Shown here in pieces: positions 38,921 to 52,997 of a DNA stretch of 64,000 nt. The DNA lies in assembly GCA_013265495.1 (NCBI GenBank), contig MU058718.1, positions 4,485,648 through 4,549,647 on the forward strand. The letters are read 5' to 3'. The notes under the pieces are model-generated. The model was not told the origin of the DNA. It searched no databases and was given only the letters and a program-made list of their open reading frames with translations. A program made the translations under genes and the position numbers. Every line of letters begins with the position of its first letter. Within the stretch, counting starts at the first letter, position 1. The stretch is from Vicugna vicugna (taxonomy: Eukaryota).

Positions 38921-39020
38921 CCGCGTCTGCTCAAACCGGCACGGTCTGATCCGGAAATACGGCCTCAATATGTGCCGCCAGTGTTTCCGCCAGTACGCGA
39001 AGGATATCGGCTTCATCAAG
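38921..39020 (+). CDS. RPS29: RPS29 exon 2 (100 bp)
   Basis: ccttgtag|C CGC GTC TGC...ATC AAG|gtacg; zinc-finger CRVC...CRQC. Confidence 0.97.
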
Positions 39021-40323
39021 GTACGTGTTGGCGGACGCCATGCTCTCCGGTTCCCGTGGGGCACAAGGAGCAAGTAGTTCCGTGGGGTGACCGTTTGACC
39101 CACGCCGTTTCCCCCCTTTTAGTCAGCAGTGCTATTCCCACGTAGTGGATGACATTGTCGAGTTTTTGCAATCAGGTTAGTAGAATGTAGCGGCAAGAGG
39201 TGAACGCCTTAAAAGTGATCGGTCTTTCTAATCCCCTTTTACCCATCTTTGCCAGTTTTAGGTGCCATGTATAATGTTGGGTGAAATTATTCACTTCGCA
39301 GAAACCACTACAGTTAAATATTAGATCTCTAGTCGTATACATCTATTTTTCAGCAAAATACGTGCGTTGACCACTGCCCCGAAATGTTCAATAGCCCTCA
39401 TACAGTGAAATGAGCTTGAGGTTTGGGGTCAGGTAGACTTTTAGGATTCAGAGAGGTTTGCCGTTTAATAGTCCTATGACTTTGGTCAAGTCATTCGATG
39501 GTAAGTTTTTGCCTTTTAAAAAATGCACCATTGTTGCAAAAATTAATGTGTCTATGAAGCTTTCCTGGCTCCTAAAAGTCACTTAAATGCTGCAGGTTTT
39601 GTCTTTTTTTTTAACGATGGAAACTAACTGCTTACTGGCTCTTGGAGATACAGTCACTGGTCTTTGTACTTAGAAGACGGCAATATTGAGTAGAACCTAC
39701 TTGTTAAATGTAGATGTCCTTATGTTGAAGTGTTACGGTGGATATAAATGGTTAGTGTGAGATTTCTGTGACAGGTGAAATATTTTTAAGCTTAAATTTT
39801 TGGCTTGGACTAAATGTTTAACAAGTACACGTTTAGTGTTACAATGTGTAAGTTCAGTAACTCAGTGGGAGGTAGTACATCGCAGATGAGAGAATGGACT
39901 CAGGCCCACTAGTTTAGTGTCCTATTTCTCAGAGGTTAAGGTTAAATGAATTAATTTATGAATGGCTCCTAGAATAGGGTCTGGCAGACGTTAGAGTACC
40001 AAAATATTAGCTGTGTAATACCTACTTAAAGACCATCCTGGGCTTTTAATAAAGATCATTTTATATAGCAGTATTTTTCTAAGTAGAAAATTTCTTTGAG
40101 GGTAGAAGTGGGAAATTCACTGTCTAAAATAGTTGAGATTCGTGGAGCAGCTTGTAGTAGATATTAAGTAAATATTTAAGCTATTTAAATCTGGATAGCT
40201 AGTTTGGGTCTGATTTCCAATTTAAACCTTGTTCTATAATAAGCCTTTTTTTTCCTGAGAATGAAGTGGATATTTAAAGCGTTTTGAATTAATAAGTTTC
40301 TTGTCTGCCTTTTTTTATTTCAG

Positions 40324-40332
40324 TTGGACTAA
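40324..40332 (+). CDS. RPS29: RPS29 exon 3 (Leu-Asp-stop)
   Basis: tttttatttcag|TTG GAC TAA; total 171 nt = 56 aa; AATAAA at 40404-40409. Confidence 0.95.
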   Translation: MD

Positions 40333-43300
40333 GTGAACGTCCTTGAATGGATCGTCCAGCACATCTACCCTATGCAGAAACAATGCTAATTCCTTGTATA
40401 TAAAATAAAAATTTCAATTATGAGTGATTTAATGTGAACGGAAGAGTCAGTGATTATAGAAATCTTTTTTTTATTTGCTGTTATTTTCTCAATGGATTTG
40501 TCTTCAAAATATGTGGCTTATTTTCCGTCAGTTACATAAAAGTATTCATACAGAACTCTGGCCAGGTTTATTTTTATGCTTCAAAAAACCGTATATGTTA
40601 GTGGCCTCTATATAGCAGCATCCAGCATATATAACTTGAGATAAATTGTCTTTTGAGTAGTTGGCTTGCTATGGTGAGCTGGGGGCAGTGAAAGTAAAAC
40701 TTGAAAATTGATTTTGAGAAAGAAGGCTATCACTAAAACCTACTCAGAGCATTTGTCTAGGGGTGGCAGTCTTAGCTTTTGGGATAATTCACAGAAAAGC
40801 TTGTAAATTTCTGTATTTGTATGTGGAAGGGGGCAGTGATTAAAAGTAAAATGGGTCTTATTAACAGTAGATCTCTGGCGCAAGGATAGAGATGGTGAAA
40901 TAAGTCTGTTAGAATATTTTAGGCAAATAATCTTGGCTTGGACTAGGATAAAAGTAGTTGGGGTAGTCACAGTGACTTCTGAAGAAAAGGCAGTTTAAGG
41001 ATTGCACGTGGGAGGTAAAGGATGACAGGGTTTGGGCCTGAGCAATTGGAAGGGTACAGTACTGTTGAGCTAGGACTGAAAACTTGGCTTGGAGAAGAAG
41101 AAAAGTGCCATTTGGGGTGTGGTAAATTCAAAATGCTTACTAGACTTCCATGTGGAGGTCTGAAGTAGGCCTCTGGAATCCACAGGGGACTGGAGATCCA
41201 ACTAGACCTCAGAGTATGAATAGTATCTGCTTTTTGGGGATCCTGTGACTGGATGAGTTCTAGGCCCTAAAGTCGAGATTAAATAATACTTTGAGAAGAC
41301 TGTTCTGAGTTGTTTCAGGAATAGGTAGGAAGATGAGGATTCAGCAGATTAAAGAACCAAGAAAACGGCTTACTAGAAGCCAAGCAAGAAGTGATCAATT
41401 TTAAGTGCCTCACAGTTGATTGCTATGAAGTCAAATGGGGGAAAATGTGACAGTGGGAGCTGGATAGGAAAGAATGTTCTGATTGTGGTTAAATTAGCTG
41501 TGAAATTCTCAAAACAGTTGAACACATGGCTAGTGTACCTCCTAAAACCTTAAAAGGAGCTCATAGAAGTTAGGGACCTGACACTTCAGTTTCATGAGCT
41601 TCATAGTAAATCTACCTCTACTGACCCTGAATCCCAGGAGTATGTGGTAATATGTGGACTTACCATGTAGGTTTTTGTTTTTTAAAGTGTTACTGGGAGA
41701 CTGTCTAGGGAAGACCTAGGTTTTGAACAGGGTAAGGAGGTGGGTAGAATATTGGGAGAGAATGTTGAGGATGTAGCTAAGTTTTCTGCTGATACTGCAG
41801 ATAGAGTGGATGGGTGAGAAGCAGTGCCAGCTGAGCAGATGTAAACGTTTTTGGATGAAAAGAGGCTTACACATCTAGTGATTTAGGTAAGTGAGGTGAT
41901 GTGTGTTTGATTTGGTTATCAGTTTTAAGGAAGAGATGGGGTAGTCCTGGGTACATGCTAATATAAGTTGTGCAGTGGCTGAAGGAACTCGGTGGAAGGG
42001 AACATTGCCTATCCAGTCCTGGCTGTGTGTGTGTGTGTGTGGTGTGTGTGGTGGTAGTGGGTAGGAAGGCTGGTGTGGATAAGTGTTCTGCTCTATTAGC
42101 TGTTGAATAACTTGCTGCTGAAGATGGGATTCTAAAATATATATGCCAGACATGCCAAGTGCTATGTTTCCTATCTTTTTCAAAGTTTCAGGATGCTTTT
42201 CTGTGGATATTACCCTCACTACATAGCTGAGGAACCTGAGGCTTAGAGATTAAGCAGTTTCTGCCGTCTTCCCAAGTTAGAAAGGGATCAAAACCGGACT
42301 GAAGCTTGAGTCTGACACCAACACTAATATTCTTAATCCCCACAACACACTTATCGTAAGGTTGAAAGACTACCTCTTATCTCCAATGATCAAGTAATTA
42401 TGTGATGGCAAGCACTGCTTTTTACCACAGTATGATGCCTTGTATATTAAGAGTAGATCGTCAGTTGTTGAGTTGAATTAGATTTCTGAGTAAAAGTTCA
42501 ATAATGTTGATGGCAAAACGTGATAGGTTCTGTAAGAGAGATTTATACAACCATTGGAGCATAGAGGATACAGTCTTAGGTTTGGGTCACGAATTTTTAA
42601 TTTAGGGCTGATTGGAAACCTGGTAAAGGACTATTCAAAGGAGAATTCAAAGCATCACACTTGAGGTGAATCAAGGATGTTGAAAGAAATTTAGAAGTAA
42701 ATGTAAAACTTTTCAGTAGGGGAAGGAAGTCAATTATCCATCAGATGGAATTTGCAAGTCTATGGATAAGTATCATTTATGTACAACTTGCAGAGCTACA
42801 AAATAGCTCAAAGACTCAGAGCCCCTCACCCCAAGATTGCTAGACAAAGCTCTAAGTTCCATGAAAAACACCCAGTCATCTTTTGGTCCATTTTGAAGTC
42901 TTTTATAGTTTTTCTCCATAAACTCTTAGGCCTTCACTTACAATTGGTAAAATTTTTGAGTGCATACTATGTGCCAGGCACTGTTCTTAGTGCCTTAACT
43001 TGAATTAGCTCCTTTAATACAACTCTGAGGTACAATCCCTATTTATGAAAGAGGCAACTGAGGCACAAAGAGTAACTTTTCCAAGATAGCACAGTGAGAT
43101 TCAAACCACCAGATAGTATGTCTCCAGAACACCTGTTCTTGACATTAAACTCTAAATATCCAACAATTAGAGAAAGCATTGGTAAATACTGGTGTTCTAC
43201 AAAATAGCCCAGAGGAACATTTTTCAATAAAAAATGGAAAATTATCTGTACAGTACAATTTCACTTTTAAAAAAAGCACCGAAAAAGAAGGAAACATGCC

Positions 43301-44908
43301 TGTATGTTAGCAGTTATTGCCTTTGGGTAATAGAATTATAGATGGTTTGCTTTGAAGCAGTCAGGTTATTTGTTTAGGGGTGGGATATCCAGTGATGCAG
43401 TGTCTGTCTAGTGTCCTGGGTACCAACATTGCTACTTAGGACTTTGTTCATCCCCACACAGTTCATTCTTTTTTTTTTTTTTATTGAAGTACAGTTGATT
43501 TACAGTGTTGTGTCCTCATTCTGTTTTTAGATTGCTCTGATAGCAACTTGTTACCATTTCTTCCCACTGATTTCCACCATTTGATATTAGCTCTATGTGG
43601 TCCTATACAAAACAAGTCTAATCTCTTCTATAAAAAAGGTTAGTTATTTAGGCATGAGAACTCTCATGTTCTTCTGGAATCTTATTTCAATCTAACCATT
43701 CCTGATTATTTCAGCTGTTCCTTATAGGGCATGATTTATGAGCTGTCTTTGGTGTTCTCTGAGTTAATTACACTCCATCTAGATCCTGACAGGGCCCTAC
43801 ACAGCATGTTTCACAGGGCAGGCATGCAGTAAAAATGTAGTGAATGAATGACTGAATGAGCAGATTTGGTAATTAATTTGGTTGGGCATCAGTGCTTCTT
43901 CACTTTTTATGGGCCCTTTTTTACCATTACAGAAAGACCAGAAACCCTGGCCTTAACAGCTGTCTACATGCCCCAGACAATTTTAAATCAACCTGTTTTG
44001 CATAACCTCTGCCTGGGACATACTTCTTGTTGAAAACTATCTTTAATAATTGGTGCCTTAGAGAATTGTGCTTTTTGGATAGACAGCTAAGCTCATCTAG
44101 TGATATGCCTAAGAAGGTCAAAACAGTGTTTGAATTTCATTGATATCCACGAAAATTAGAAGAGGGAAAAAGGAAGAGAAGGCTGAGCTACCAGAAGTTT
44201 CTCAATGGTTAATCTAGAAAGTTAAAGGCTCAGTTTGTTGCTATCACTAAGTATGTATGTGCGTAGGAATCCAAGCTACTTAGGGACCAAAGATTAGATT
44301 ATTGGATGTGCTAGTTCCAGGTGTCCTCTATCAGAGTCATGAAAGAATTGGAAGTGACAAGCTTAATACAGATAGGCTAATTATTATATAATGTCTCAAT
44401 ATAAAGTCATTAGATTAATGACATAATTCAAAGGAGCCAGGACCGACTTTGCTGAAAATCCTTTTGTTAAATTCAGTGTATTATGTATATCAATGGTGAC
44501 CACTTCTTAGAGCTGATCTCAGACTTGACCTGAGTCCTATCAACAAATGCTGGATTCCCCTGATAGATTTATTGAAGGCCCGGAGGACCACAATGCTCCC
44601 CCTTTATTTCTGCCCCACCCGCAACATTGTTCCTATTTGTCCCCTTATCCCCTGGACACCCTTTTGCTTGCTTACAAAGAGATCCCTGCCTGCCTGAATG
44701 GGGCAAGGACTAAAACATCTCCGGCTCTGCAAGTGGCTGGTGTGGTCCTCAACCAGACACCATCCCAAGAGTTTAAAGGATACATTTCAGAAAGCTGTGC
44801 TCTTGGCCAAAGTGACCAATATTACCTTCATCTTGGGATGTATGTTACTGGTCACTTTCTTGGACTCCTTTCTTCAGGCTGTCCCATTTCTCTGTGGGTG
44901 ACTCCTCC

Positions 44909-45502
44909 TGTAAAGAGATAGGGTATGGGCTCCCCGGAGAAAGAGAACCCAATATGACTTTTTGACATAAGAGAAGCCATTTTTTGGCCTAAGCCATTTT
45001 GTAATTTAAGCCTGGCAACAATGTTTGCCCAGAACAGGTCTCAGTACTAATGATCTTAAGAGAACAAAAGGACAAATTTATCAGACAACAACAGCAAAGA
45101 TAACAAATCAGTTGTAAACTGAGAACCTCTCAGTTCTATTTCAATGGTAAAGACTAGCCTAAAGCACTGTCTTGAGTGGTTTTTGCAGAATTTAAATCCC
45201 CCCTCAGGCGCTCAACCACCAGAAGAACTGAAATCTAAGGGATGATGATGTTGATCTTTTCTGACCCTCAGGACTTCAACTAAAGCATGAACTCCATGAC
45301 CACCGAAGCCCCTTCATGAATATGCATTTACCCTTAGCTTAAGACTTCCCCAATTTTGCTCTTCAAGGAGACACTGCCTTTGGAAGGATCCTTGGTGTTC
45401 TCCTAACTTGCTGCAAGTAACAGTAAATCCTTCTTTCTCCCAATCTTTGCTTATTTTTGGCTGGACACCCACCAATAGGTGAACCCAGTTTTTTGGGTAA
45501 CA
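44909..45502 (+). mobile_element. ERV1 solo LTR, 4-bp TSD CTCC
   Basis: ctcc|TGTAAAG...GGTAACA|ctcc. Confidence 0.85.
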
Positions 45503-45541
45503 CTCCAGACCAGAGCTTTGATGTCCTTGGTCAACTCACAT

Positions 45542-46018
45542 TGTTACTGGAGAGTAGGTTCTTGTCTCATGCAGAAAAGAATTCAAGATCTAGCCATAGT
45601 AAAGTGAAAACAATTTTATTTAGAGAGATACACAATCCATAGAGAGAATGTGATCTGTCTCGGAAGGGAGAGCAGCCCCAGGAGCAAGGGGGGTTAGTTT
45701 TTATAGGCTGAGTAATTTCAAATGCTAACAAACGGGAGGATTATTCCAACTATTTTGGGAAAGGAGTGGGGATATCCAGGAATTGGGCCCCTGCCCACTT
45801 TTTGGCCTTTTATGGTCAGCCTGGGAACTGTCATGGCTCCTGTGGGTGTGTCATTCAGCACATTAGGCTAATATGAGCATGTGATAGGCTCAAGGTCTAC
45901 TGGAAGTCGAATTTTCCACCATCTTGGGCCTAGTTGGCTCTAACTACTGTATGTTGTATCCTCAACAGTTCTGTCATTCTTTTAATGGTGGATCCCTGCT
46001 CCCTTCCCACCTGTTTCA
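45542..46018 (-). mobile_element. ERV1 solo LTR
   Basis: TGTTAC...TGTTTCA ends; minus-strand TATAAA and AATAAA; flanks acat/actt (3 of 4 match). Confidence 0.8.
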
Positions 46019-47489
46019 ACTTGCTTGCTCAGCAGACTGCCACTCAGCTGTATTATTGTAAAACCTAATTCAGATAATCTTAAAATGTAACAGCATTAAC
46101 AAGAAGAAAGGGAGGAGTGAATTTCCACTGACAGAGACTGTGACTAGAATTGCTGAAGTCTGAAAGAAAGGGAGGAGATTGAAGAAGTTCTTGGAGAGAG
46201 GGGGAGAGAGGCTAGTGTTAAGAAGGAAGTTGTGCCTTCTTTCTGCTTATATATGACAATGGTTACAGGGCCAGTAAAGCAGGATCCCATTGAACAGGTT
46301 CTAGGACAGGTCCATTGTCAGGAGCTGCTTTGTAACTTCCTACTGTGTATACTCTTGGTTTCAGAATAGGATCATTGTAGGTGTGTTTATGGTCTTAGAT
46401 GTTGCAGCAATGAAATGAAAGAACAGCTTTGCTTAATAAAGTTGTAGGAGGGTAAGCACCAGTAGCCTCATGCACAGTATACAACCCGATAATAATTATG
46501 CTGATTGTGGAAGGAGCCCCCCTGTGTAGACTAGCTGAGCTTCCACTGCCAAACGTCAAGAATTAACAGCGGGCAATAGAAAAATCAATAAGCCTTTACC
46601 CAGGGAGCCAAAGATATGTAGGTTACTAAAACTTAACAGTTGCCCATAAAGAAGATTATCTCAAAAAAAAAACAAAACAAAAAACCAGAAGACTATCTCA
46701 TTATGTTTAATGCTAAAGGAGGTTTTATTTCCTAAATAATAAAAAGATTACATAATGAAGGACTAGTTGACAGACTGATAAACATTCATGGCAGCACAGG
46801 CAAATCAATAAAAGCTTAAAAAAGAAAGAAATGGAACCTGTTTCTTGGCAATCTAGTTATCTGAATTTCATAGATACAGTCTGGTTTGCCTTGCGCTCTC
46901 TTTCCACAGGCCCACAAATCCCATTTTACGATGACACCTGTGCATCTGTTCTTCCTTTGATGCTAATTAAGTCCAATTACCGTTCATGAAGATTAAGTGT
47001 GGACATCTAGCACAGATGATGTATTCAGTCAATCACAAAAGGGAAGGGTTTGTGAAAACCAATTCATATTTGGAACTTTGGGGGAGATTTTTATTTTTTA
47101 AGATAATCTCCTTAAACACAATTTCCTTTAAAGTTTTCTCCATGGTCAGTAGTTTTCATGATCTGATTGCTGAGTATTCTAGCTCCTTTATTATCAAGGG
47201 AGCAAATAATGGCAATGACTGCGCCTCATTGGTGTCCTTTATTATAGGTTTTCTAAATAAACTTACCCCTTCTTAATGACTTTAATTTGTTCCTAAGAAC
47301 CCTGCCACTAAGCTAAAAACTGTTAAGTGGAAAACATTTTTTCATTAATTTTACTGGAAAAAAAATTATGATGTGTTCTATTGCCCCACAAGATACTCAA
47401 GTAATTTTCACAAATACAAAAATATACCAATTAAGCAGTGGGGGAAAAAAAGCTTATGAAGGTAATAAACAATAATTTGAAAGTATTCT

Positions 47490-47630
47490 GATATCAACCA
47501 GTGTGCTGAAATGTAATTCTGGTGCTAACTGCTGGAGTTAGCACAGACCCCACAAGCTACGGGGTCCACAACCAGGCTGCCCTCACTTGAGATGCTAGCT
47601 ACACTTGGAGAGTCCCCAGGCCACCTGCAG
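47490..47630. mobile_element. MER21-like LTR fragment
   Basis: aattctggtgctaactgctggagttagcacagaccccaca...ccccaggccacctg wording; recognised by eye. Confidence 0.5.
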
Positions 47631-47739
47631 GGTAATGCTTACTTCCCACCTCTCCCAGTGTGATGCTCTGTGGGAAAATGAGACAGTATCTCTAAATTTT
47701 CTTGAGAGAAATTGGCCCTTAAGTGCATAGCCTCTGTCT

Positions 47740-48048
47740 TGTTGCTGCGTCCAAACTCTTTCTGCTTGCCGTGCGACAGGGAGACGAGGAGTTGGGGCAA
47801 GGAACAGCGACTTTATTCAGAGAGCCAGCAGACCAAGAGGATGGCAGAGTAATTTCTTGGAGAACCATCCTGCTCTAGTCAGAATACAGGCTCCTTTTAT
47901 ACAAAAAAAAAAAAAAACAGGGGGGGGGGGTGGTTGATTGTTGTAATCCTCTTGCTGCAGGCATTCTTTGTTGTTGCAGCCATCCCCATGGGCTAGGTCA
48001 TGGTGTCCCTGGAAACCTCCAACAAAACAAAGGTTATTTTCTACTATA
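47740..48048 (-). mobile_element. ERV1 solo LTR, inverted relative of 52298-52629
   Basis: Reverse complement aligns along nearly its whole length with 52298-52629. Confidence 0.85.
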
Positions 48049-49745
48049 TTGTTATAATTGCACAGGGATCTAGGTTTTGAGGCCTCATTGCACCACATGG
48101 ATTCCGGAGCCAAGAGATGAATCCTTGAACCTGCCTGGAATTAGTGGGTTATTTAATTTCTCGACATTTGGGTAAGACTGACAGCAAACTCTTCCAGGAG
48201 GTGAGGGAGAGAAAGGCAGAGACTGAGAGAGGTAGAGATAGAGGAGGTATAATTTGTGAGGCTCATCTCTTGAGAGCCTGTAAAGTAGGATAGGTCGGCC
48301 TGTAATCCAGCTGTGGCAACCTGCAGGCAAGAATATTCCTCAAATTCTTCCCGTGCTTGGTGTTGGAAGTTCAACTTTGCTTTTTTGATTTATATTTACA
48401 TGGAGAATAGCTGGTTTGCACTGTTGCCTAATCACCCAAAATAATCCTTACTGTCCTAGTGAAAGATTCCCATTCTTAACATTTAATAAGGTCATTTGTG
48501 TCACTGAAGGGGTGACATGTAGGCCCAGGGATCCCTTGGATCTCTCCCGAGTATTGATTTTGAGCAGTGAAGCTACTGGACCACGTTGGGTAACATTAGG
48601 GAAACCCTGGAGGCTATTTTATTGTATGGATTTCTGTGTCTGTGCTATGTAAGAGCATGTTTTGGGAATATATTTATTTAACGAAAAGAGAAGTAATCAC
48701 TGTGGGTAGCAATTTGTCTGTAATGTGATATCTGAGGTTCCTGACCATGCTGGAAAAAGCATGATTCATCCAAGCTGGTTTAATCAGGGAACTAGGACAT
48801 CAGAGGGATCCCTGGGCCTACATTTCACCCCTTCTGTGACACTCAGGCTACATGGCTCAAACCTGAGGCTGGAAACCCTGGCTGCACAGTTCTGTTGCTC
48901 CTTCTTTAGGGTCCAGAATCTTTTGCAGTTTGAAATGTCTCTGATGTCAGTGTGTGGGTGTTCTGACTTTCTGAGTGGCTTCCAGCAAGAGTCAGGAAGA
49001 TTGTCTACATATGGGCAGTTGTGGTGATCTCTTAAGTTTCTATCAAGTTGTTAATCTTCAGTTGGCAGGGCTTCTTGAAAAGGGCGGCTTTAGTTCACAA
49101 TGATTCCAAGTCAAAAGTGGGAGAAATTTTGGAAATGTTTGAAGGGTTATAGCCAAATATTTGAGTAGAAGAATCCCAGATCCAGTCCAGCTTATAGGTG
49201 GAAAAACAAAACCTCAAAGATGATGAACACAACTACAATCTAATATCCATAACTATATATTGTAGTTTCTGTGGAAATAATTTTTTTCTGTCTAAAATCA
49301 CCCTCATTTCTACTAAAGGAAGCCAAATTAAGACTAATTTGATTGGCAAATAAGCTTCGTTTTGTTAAACTTGGCCTGATTGTTTACATAAGTCCAGCAA
49401 GAATAGCAGTTGACCATACAGGTTGTTTTAAATCTGCTCTGCTGGAACTTTTCATAATGAATCTCCAGATTTAATTTTTAAATGCCTCTCAAGACCTCGC
49501 CGGAGGCTTTCCATCAGACTTGCTTCTAATACCTGTAGATTTGGGTGCATTCCTCTTCTTGAGGTCCTCAAAATATCCTGAGGTTCTGGCACCTGCTAAG
49601 CAGGGACCTTCCTTCCTCACCTGGTAAAGCTGCTGGGAGCTCTGCAAGTGAGGTACCAGGCTGTTTTCCCAACATGGGGCTTTACGGCTCCATAAAGTCC
49701 GTCTTAGTTCCTTAAACCTGTCTGGTTATTCTGATTCTTTGCATG

Positions 49746-50289
49746 TGTAGACAAAAGGAAAAAAAAAAGTGAAGATGCATATCAAAGGAATAATTCAACG
49801 AACCCCAACTTTTGTATCTTCCCATACACTACAAAAAAGTGTTAAAAAAATAAAGGGACTGAAATCACTGACTTGAGGTATCCATTTAAAAAAAACTTTT
49901 TTATGTATTTAGTTTTACTTTTTTTAGGTGGGAGGTAATTAGGCCTATTTATTTAACTTTTAGAAGAGGTACTGGGATTGAACCCAGGACTTTGTGCATG
50001 CTAAGCACGTACTCTACCACTTGAGTATCTTCCCTGAGATGTCTTTTTTTTTTTGTGATTAGCAGTTATCTTTTGGTGTTCAACTACATGGTTGTTGTTG
50101 TTTTTTTTTCCTCCTCAGCAAAAATTCCTTTATGTCCCAGCTCACCTCCTGCGTCTTTGGAATAGTTCCTCAGAGCAATCTGAGAGGCTGTCTTCCTGGG
50201 CTTTATTCCTCAGTAATATCCTCGAATAAAACATAATTCTCAACTTTTAGGTTTTGTGTGTGTGTGTGTGTTTTTCCCCTCAGTTGACA
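49746..50289 (+). mobile_element. ERV1 solo LTR (TSD CATG) containing a nested minus-strand SINE at about 49890-50034
   Basis: catg|TGTAGAC...CAGTTGACA|catg; SINE motifs ggaggtaattagg and gggattgaacccagg inside. Confidence 0.85.
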
Positions 50290-52297
50290 CATGTATCTCT
50301 CAGTTATGACATCCAGTCAAAGCCTTGGTAATATAACCAATGTTTCCAACTGTATCCTGTTATAAGAATAGATTTTTATAGAAATTATGCAAATAACTAT
50401 ATTGCTATGAATATAGGAATCATGAGTTTCCAAATTTTGGAGGGATAGGTAGGGAGAAAACAAGATGATTGTTTCATCTTTGTTCACAAGGGTACATTTT
50501 ACCAAAGTGCTCTAAGTCACAGTTAGCTCAAGAGAAAAGAGAAACAAGTTTCCTTAAATCTGGAAAAACAGAACATTAAAAAGTCAACAGTGTTTCAAAA
50601 CAAAAAGTCATAAAAATTATGATCATCTTCATCAATTTATTCAGTCCCATGTAATTAATTCTTGTTCATATTGATCTTTTGTTAGCAGTTTTATGAAGTC
50701 ATCAGGTTTTCCTTTAGAGTTCTGTAATTTCTTACCCAGTTCAATGGTATGATCTAAAAGTTATTAGAAGCCTATATTTGTCAAAAAGTCCTTTCTATGA
50801 ATCTTCTTGAAGATGGAGCATTTTTTGCAGGATGATCAGAGTAAAACAATAACTGTTTAGAAACGACTAAATACTTCAGTTGGTATGGTTAAAGATCTGA
50901 TTAGAATGTAATTGATAAAAAATTTGGTTATTCTGGGACATGGAACATTTTAAGATAATAACTAGAATTATGACTGAAAATATTATACCAGGACAAATCC
51001 AATTTTTAGGAATTTAATACAATTTCTAGAACATTTATATTAATAACATTTACCCTTATAATACAATCTGAGAATGTTTATCATCACTCATTTGACAATA
51101 ATTCCTATATAATTTAACATACAATATGCCTAATTAGTTAAATCTCTCTTTTAGATGTTTCAAGGGCCCCTTGAAAATTGATTTAGGGGGTTTGTCAAAG
51201 GTATTAAAAGGTTTTAAAACACTTGATCAAGTAGGATCAGAGGTCAGTGTGAAACAATTTTATTCACTTAGCCAAAGAGACAATAAGATTTAAAAGGAAA
51301 ATACAGAAAGTTAAAACAGATCTAAAAGATAAGGAAACTTTACAATCTGTTATCAAAAGCAGATCAATATCCAAGAAAACTTTGTCCTCTTAGAGAGAAA
51401 ACCAAATTCTAATTTTGCACCAGCTTACTTTTAATATTAGGATTTATCCAACCACTTAAATTTATTCTCATCTTAGCCAATCCTGACCATGCACAAAAGT
51501 CTTCTCATGGTTCCTTTTCCACAAACCTTTTATAACTTCCCCTTTTACATCCAGATTTTGTCCTATTCATGCCCTCTCTCTCTCCAACTCCTCCCCTTTA
51601 ACCTCTCTTTGGGACAAAATTGTTTCCTTTTAACAAAATGCAGTTCTATTCCTTATACCTTTAAAAAAATTCTCCTTGTATACAAGATGTTTTACTTATT
51701 GATTTTAGCAGTTTACAAAATAGGTTGGATTCAAATTGGGTTTCTGACAGATGGAACAAATCAAGATCACCTGTTCAGATGGCTAAAACCCTTTTTACAA
51801 GTATTTGTGGAGAAGACACTTAAGATTTGTATCTGTCCTTGACAAGCCAAGTTCCAAATGACATTTTCCCCTTTGTTTGTTTGTTTGTTTGTTTTGATAA
51901 GTTATCTTTGTGAAATTTACATTTTGAAGAGATAGTCTATATAAGATTTCCTGGAGAAGAATAGGTAGAATGCTTGCATCGAAGAGGCACAGGAAAGAAA
52001 TTAAATTTCCTCCTAGGACTTTTGTTCCCTTAAGGCCAGATTTTCTTTCCAATACTTACAAGCCTCTTAAGATAAATAGGGCAGGGTTGGGGAGGGGCAA
52101 AAAGGGTTGATGAGCTTTGAATTATTTCTGGAGCTGCACCTCTGGTCTGGTAAAGACTAGATTTGTAAAACAAGGAAAGCTGTTTTTAAAATTTTTAAAG
52201 AATTGGGTTGCTACCTAAATGATATAAAAAGACTGATTTGCCCAACTACATTTCTTTAACTTGTTTCCTTATATCAGGGAGATTGCTAAATTAAATG

Positions 52298-52629
52298 TGT
52301 AGTAGAGAATAACCTTTGTTTTGTTGGAGGTTTCCAGGGACACCATGACCTGGCCCACGGGGATGGCTGCAAGAACAAAGAATGCCTGCAGCAAGAGGAT
52401 TACAACAATCAACCACACCCCCTCCCTTATTTTCCTTCACTCTCCCTTGTTTTTTATATAAAGGAGCCTATATTCTGACTAGAGCAGGATGGTTCTCCAA
52501 GACATTAGTCTGCCATCCTCTCAGTCTGCCGGCTCTCCGAATAAAGTCGCTATTCCTTGCCCCAGCACCTCATCTCAGGATTTATTGGCCTGTTGTATGG
52601 TGAGCAGAATGAGTTTGGACTCGTCAACA
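52298..52629 (+). mobile_element. ERV1 solo LTR, TSD AATG
   Basis: aatg|TGTAGTAG...TCAACA|aatg; TATATAAAG and AATAAA present. Confidence 0.88.
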
Positions 52630-52997
52630 AATGGAAATAAAAAGGACTCTATGTTCTAGCACTTCAGGGTTCAACATATGCCTATAAAAAACCCACGTAA
52701 GTGGTTCAACAAAGGCCCTCTTTCTGAGCACATAAGTTAACCCCAGGCCAATTTACTTTAGGGGCAAAAAGCTTTCATTACTGCTGCTTTTAGCCCTGGA
52801 TATCAGGCCCCAGTTTCCACCTTATGCTCTGTGGGTTCAGGCAACACTAGTGGCTCCTTTCAGTGTGTTTAACTGACATTGCCTGAAGGGTGGATTTATT
52901 TGCCCCGTCTTACAAGACATATACCAAGCAGGGGAAGCATTCCTCAGTGAGATACAAAGTCCATTCCCACAATATAATCAGGCAAAGCAAATGCAAC

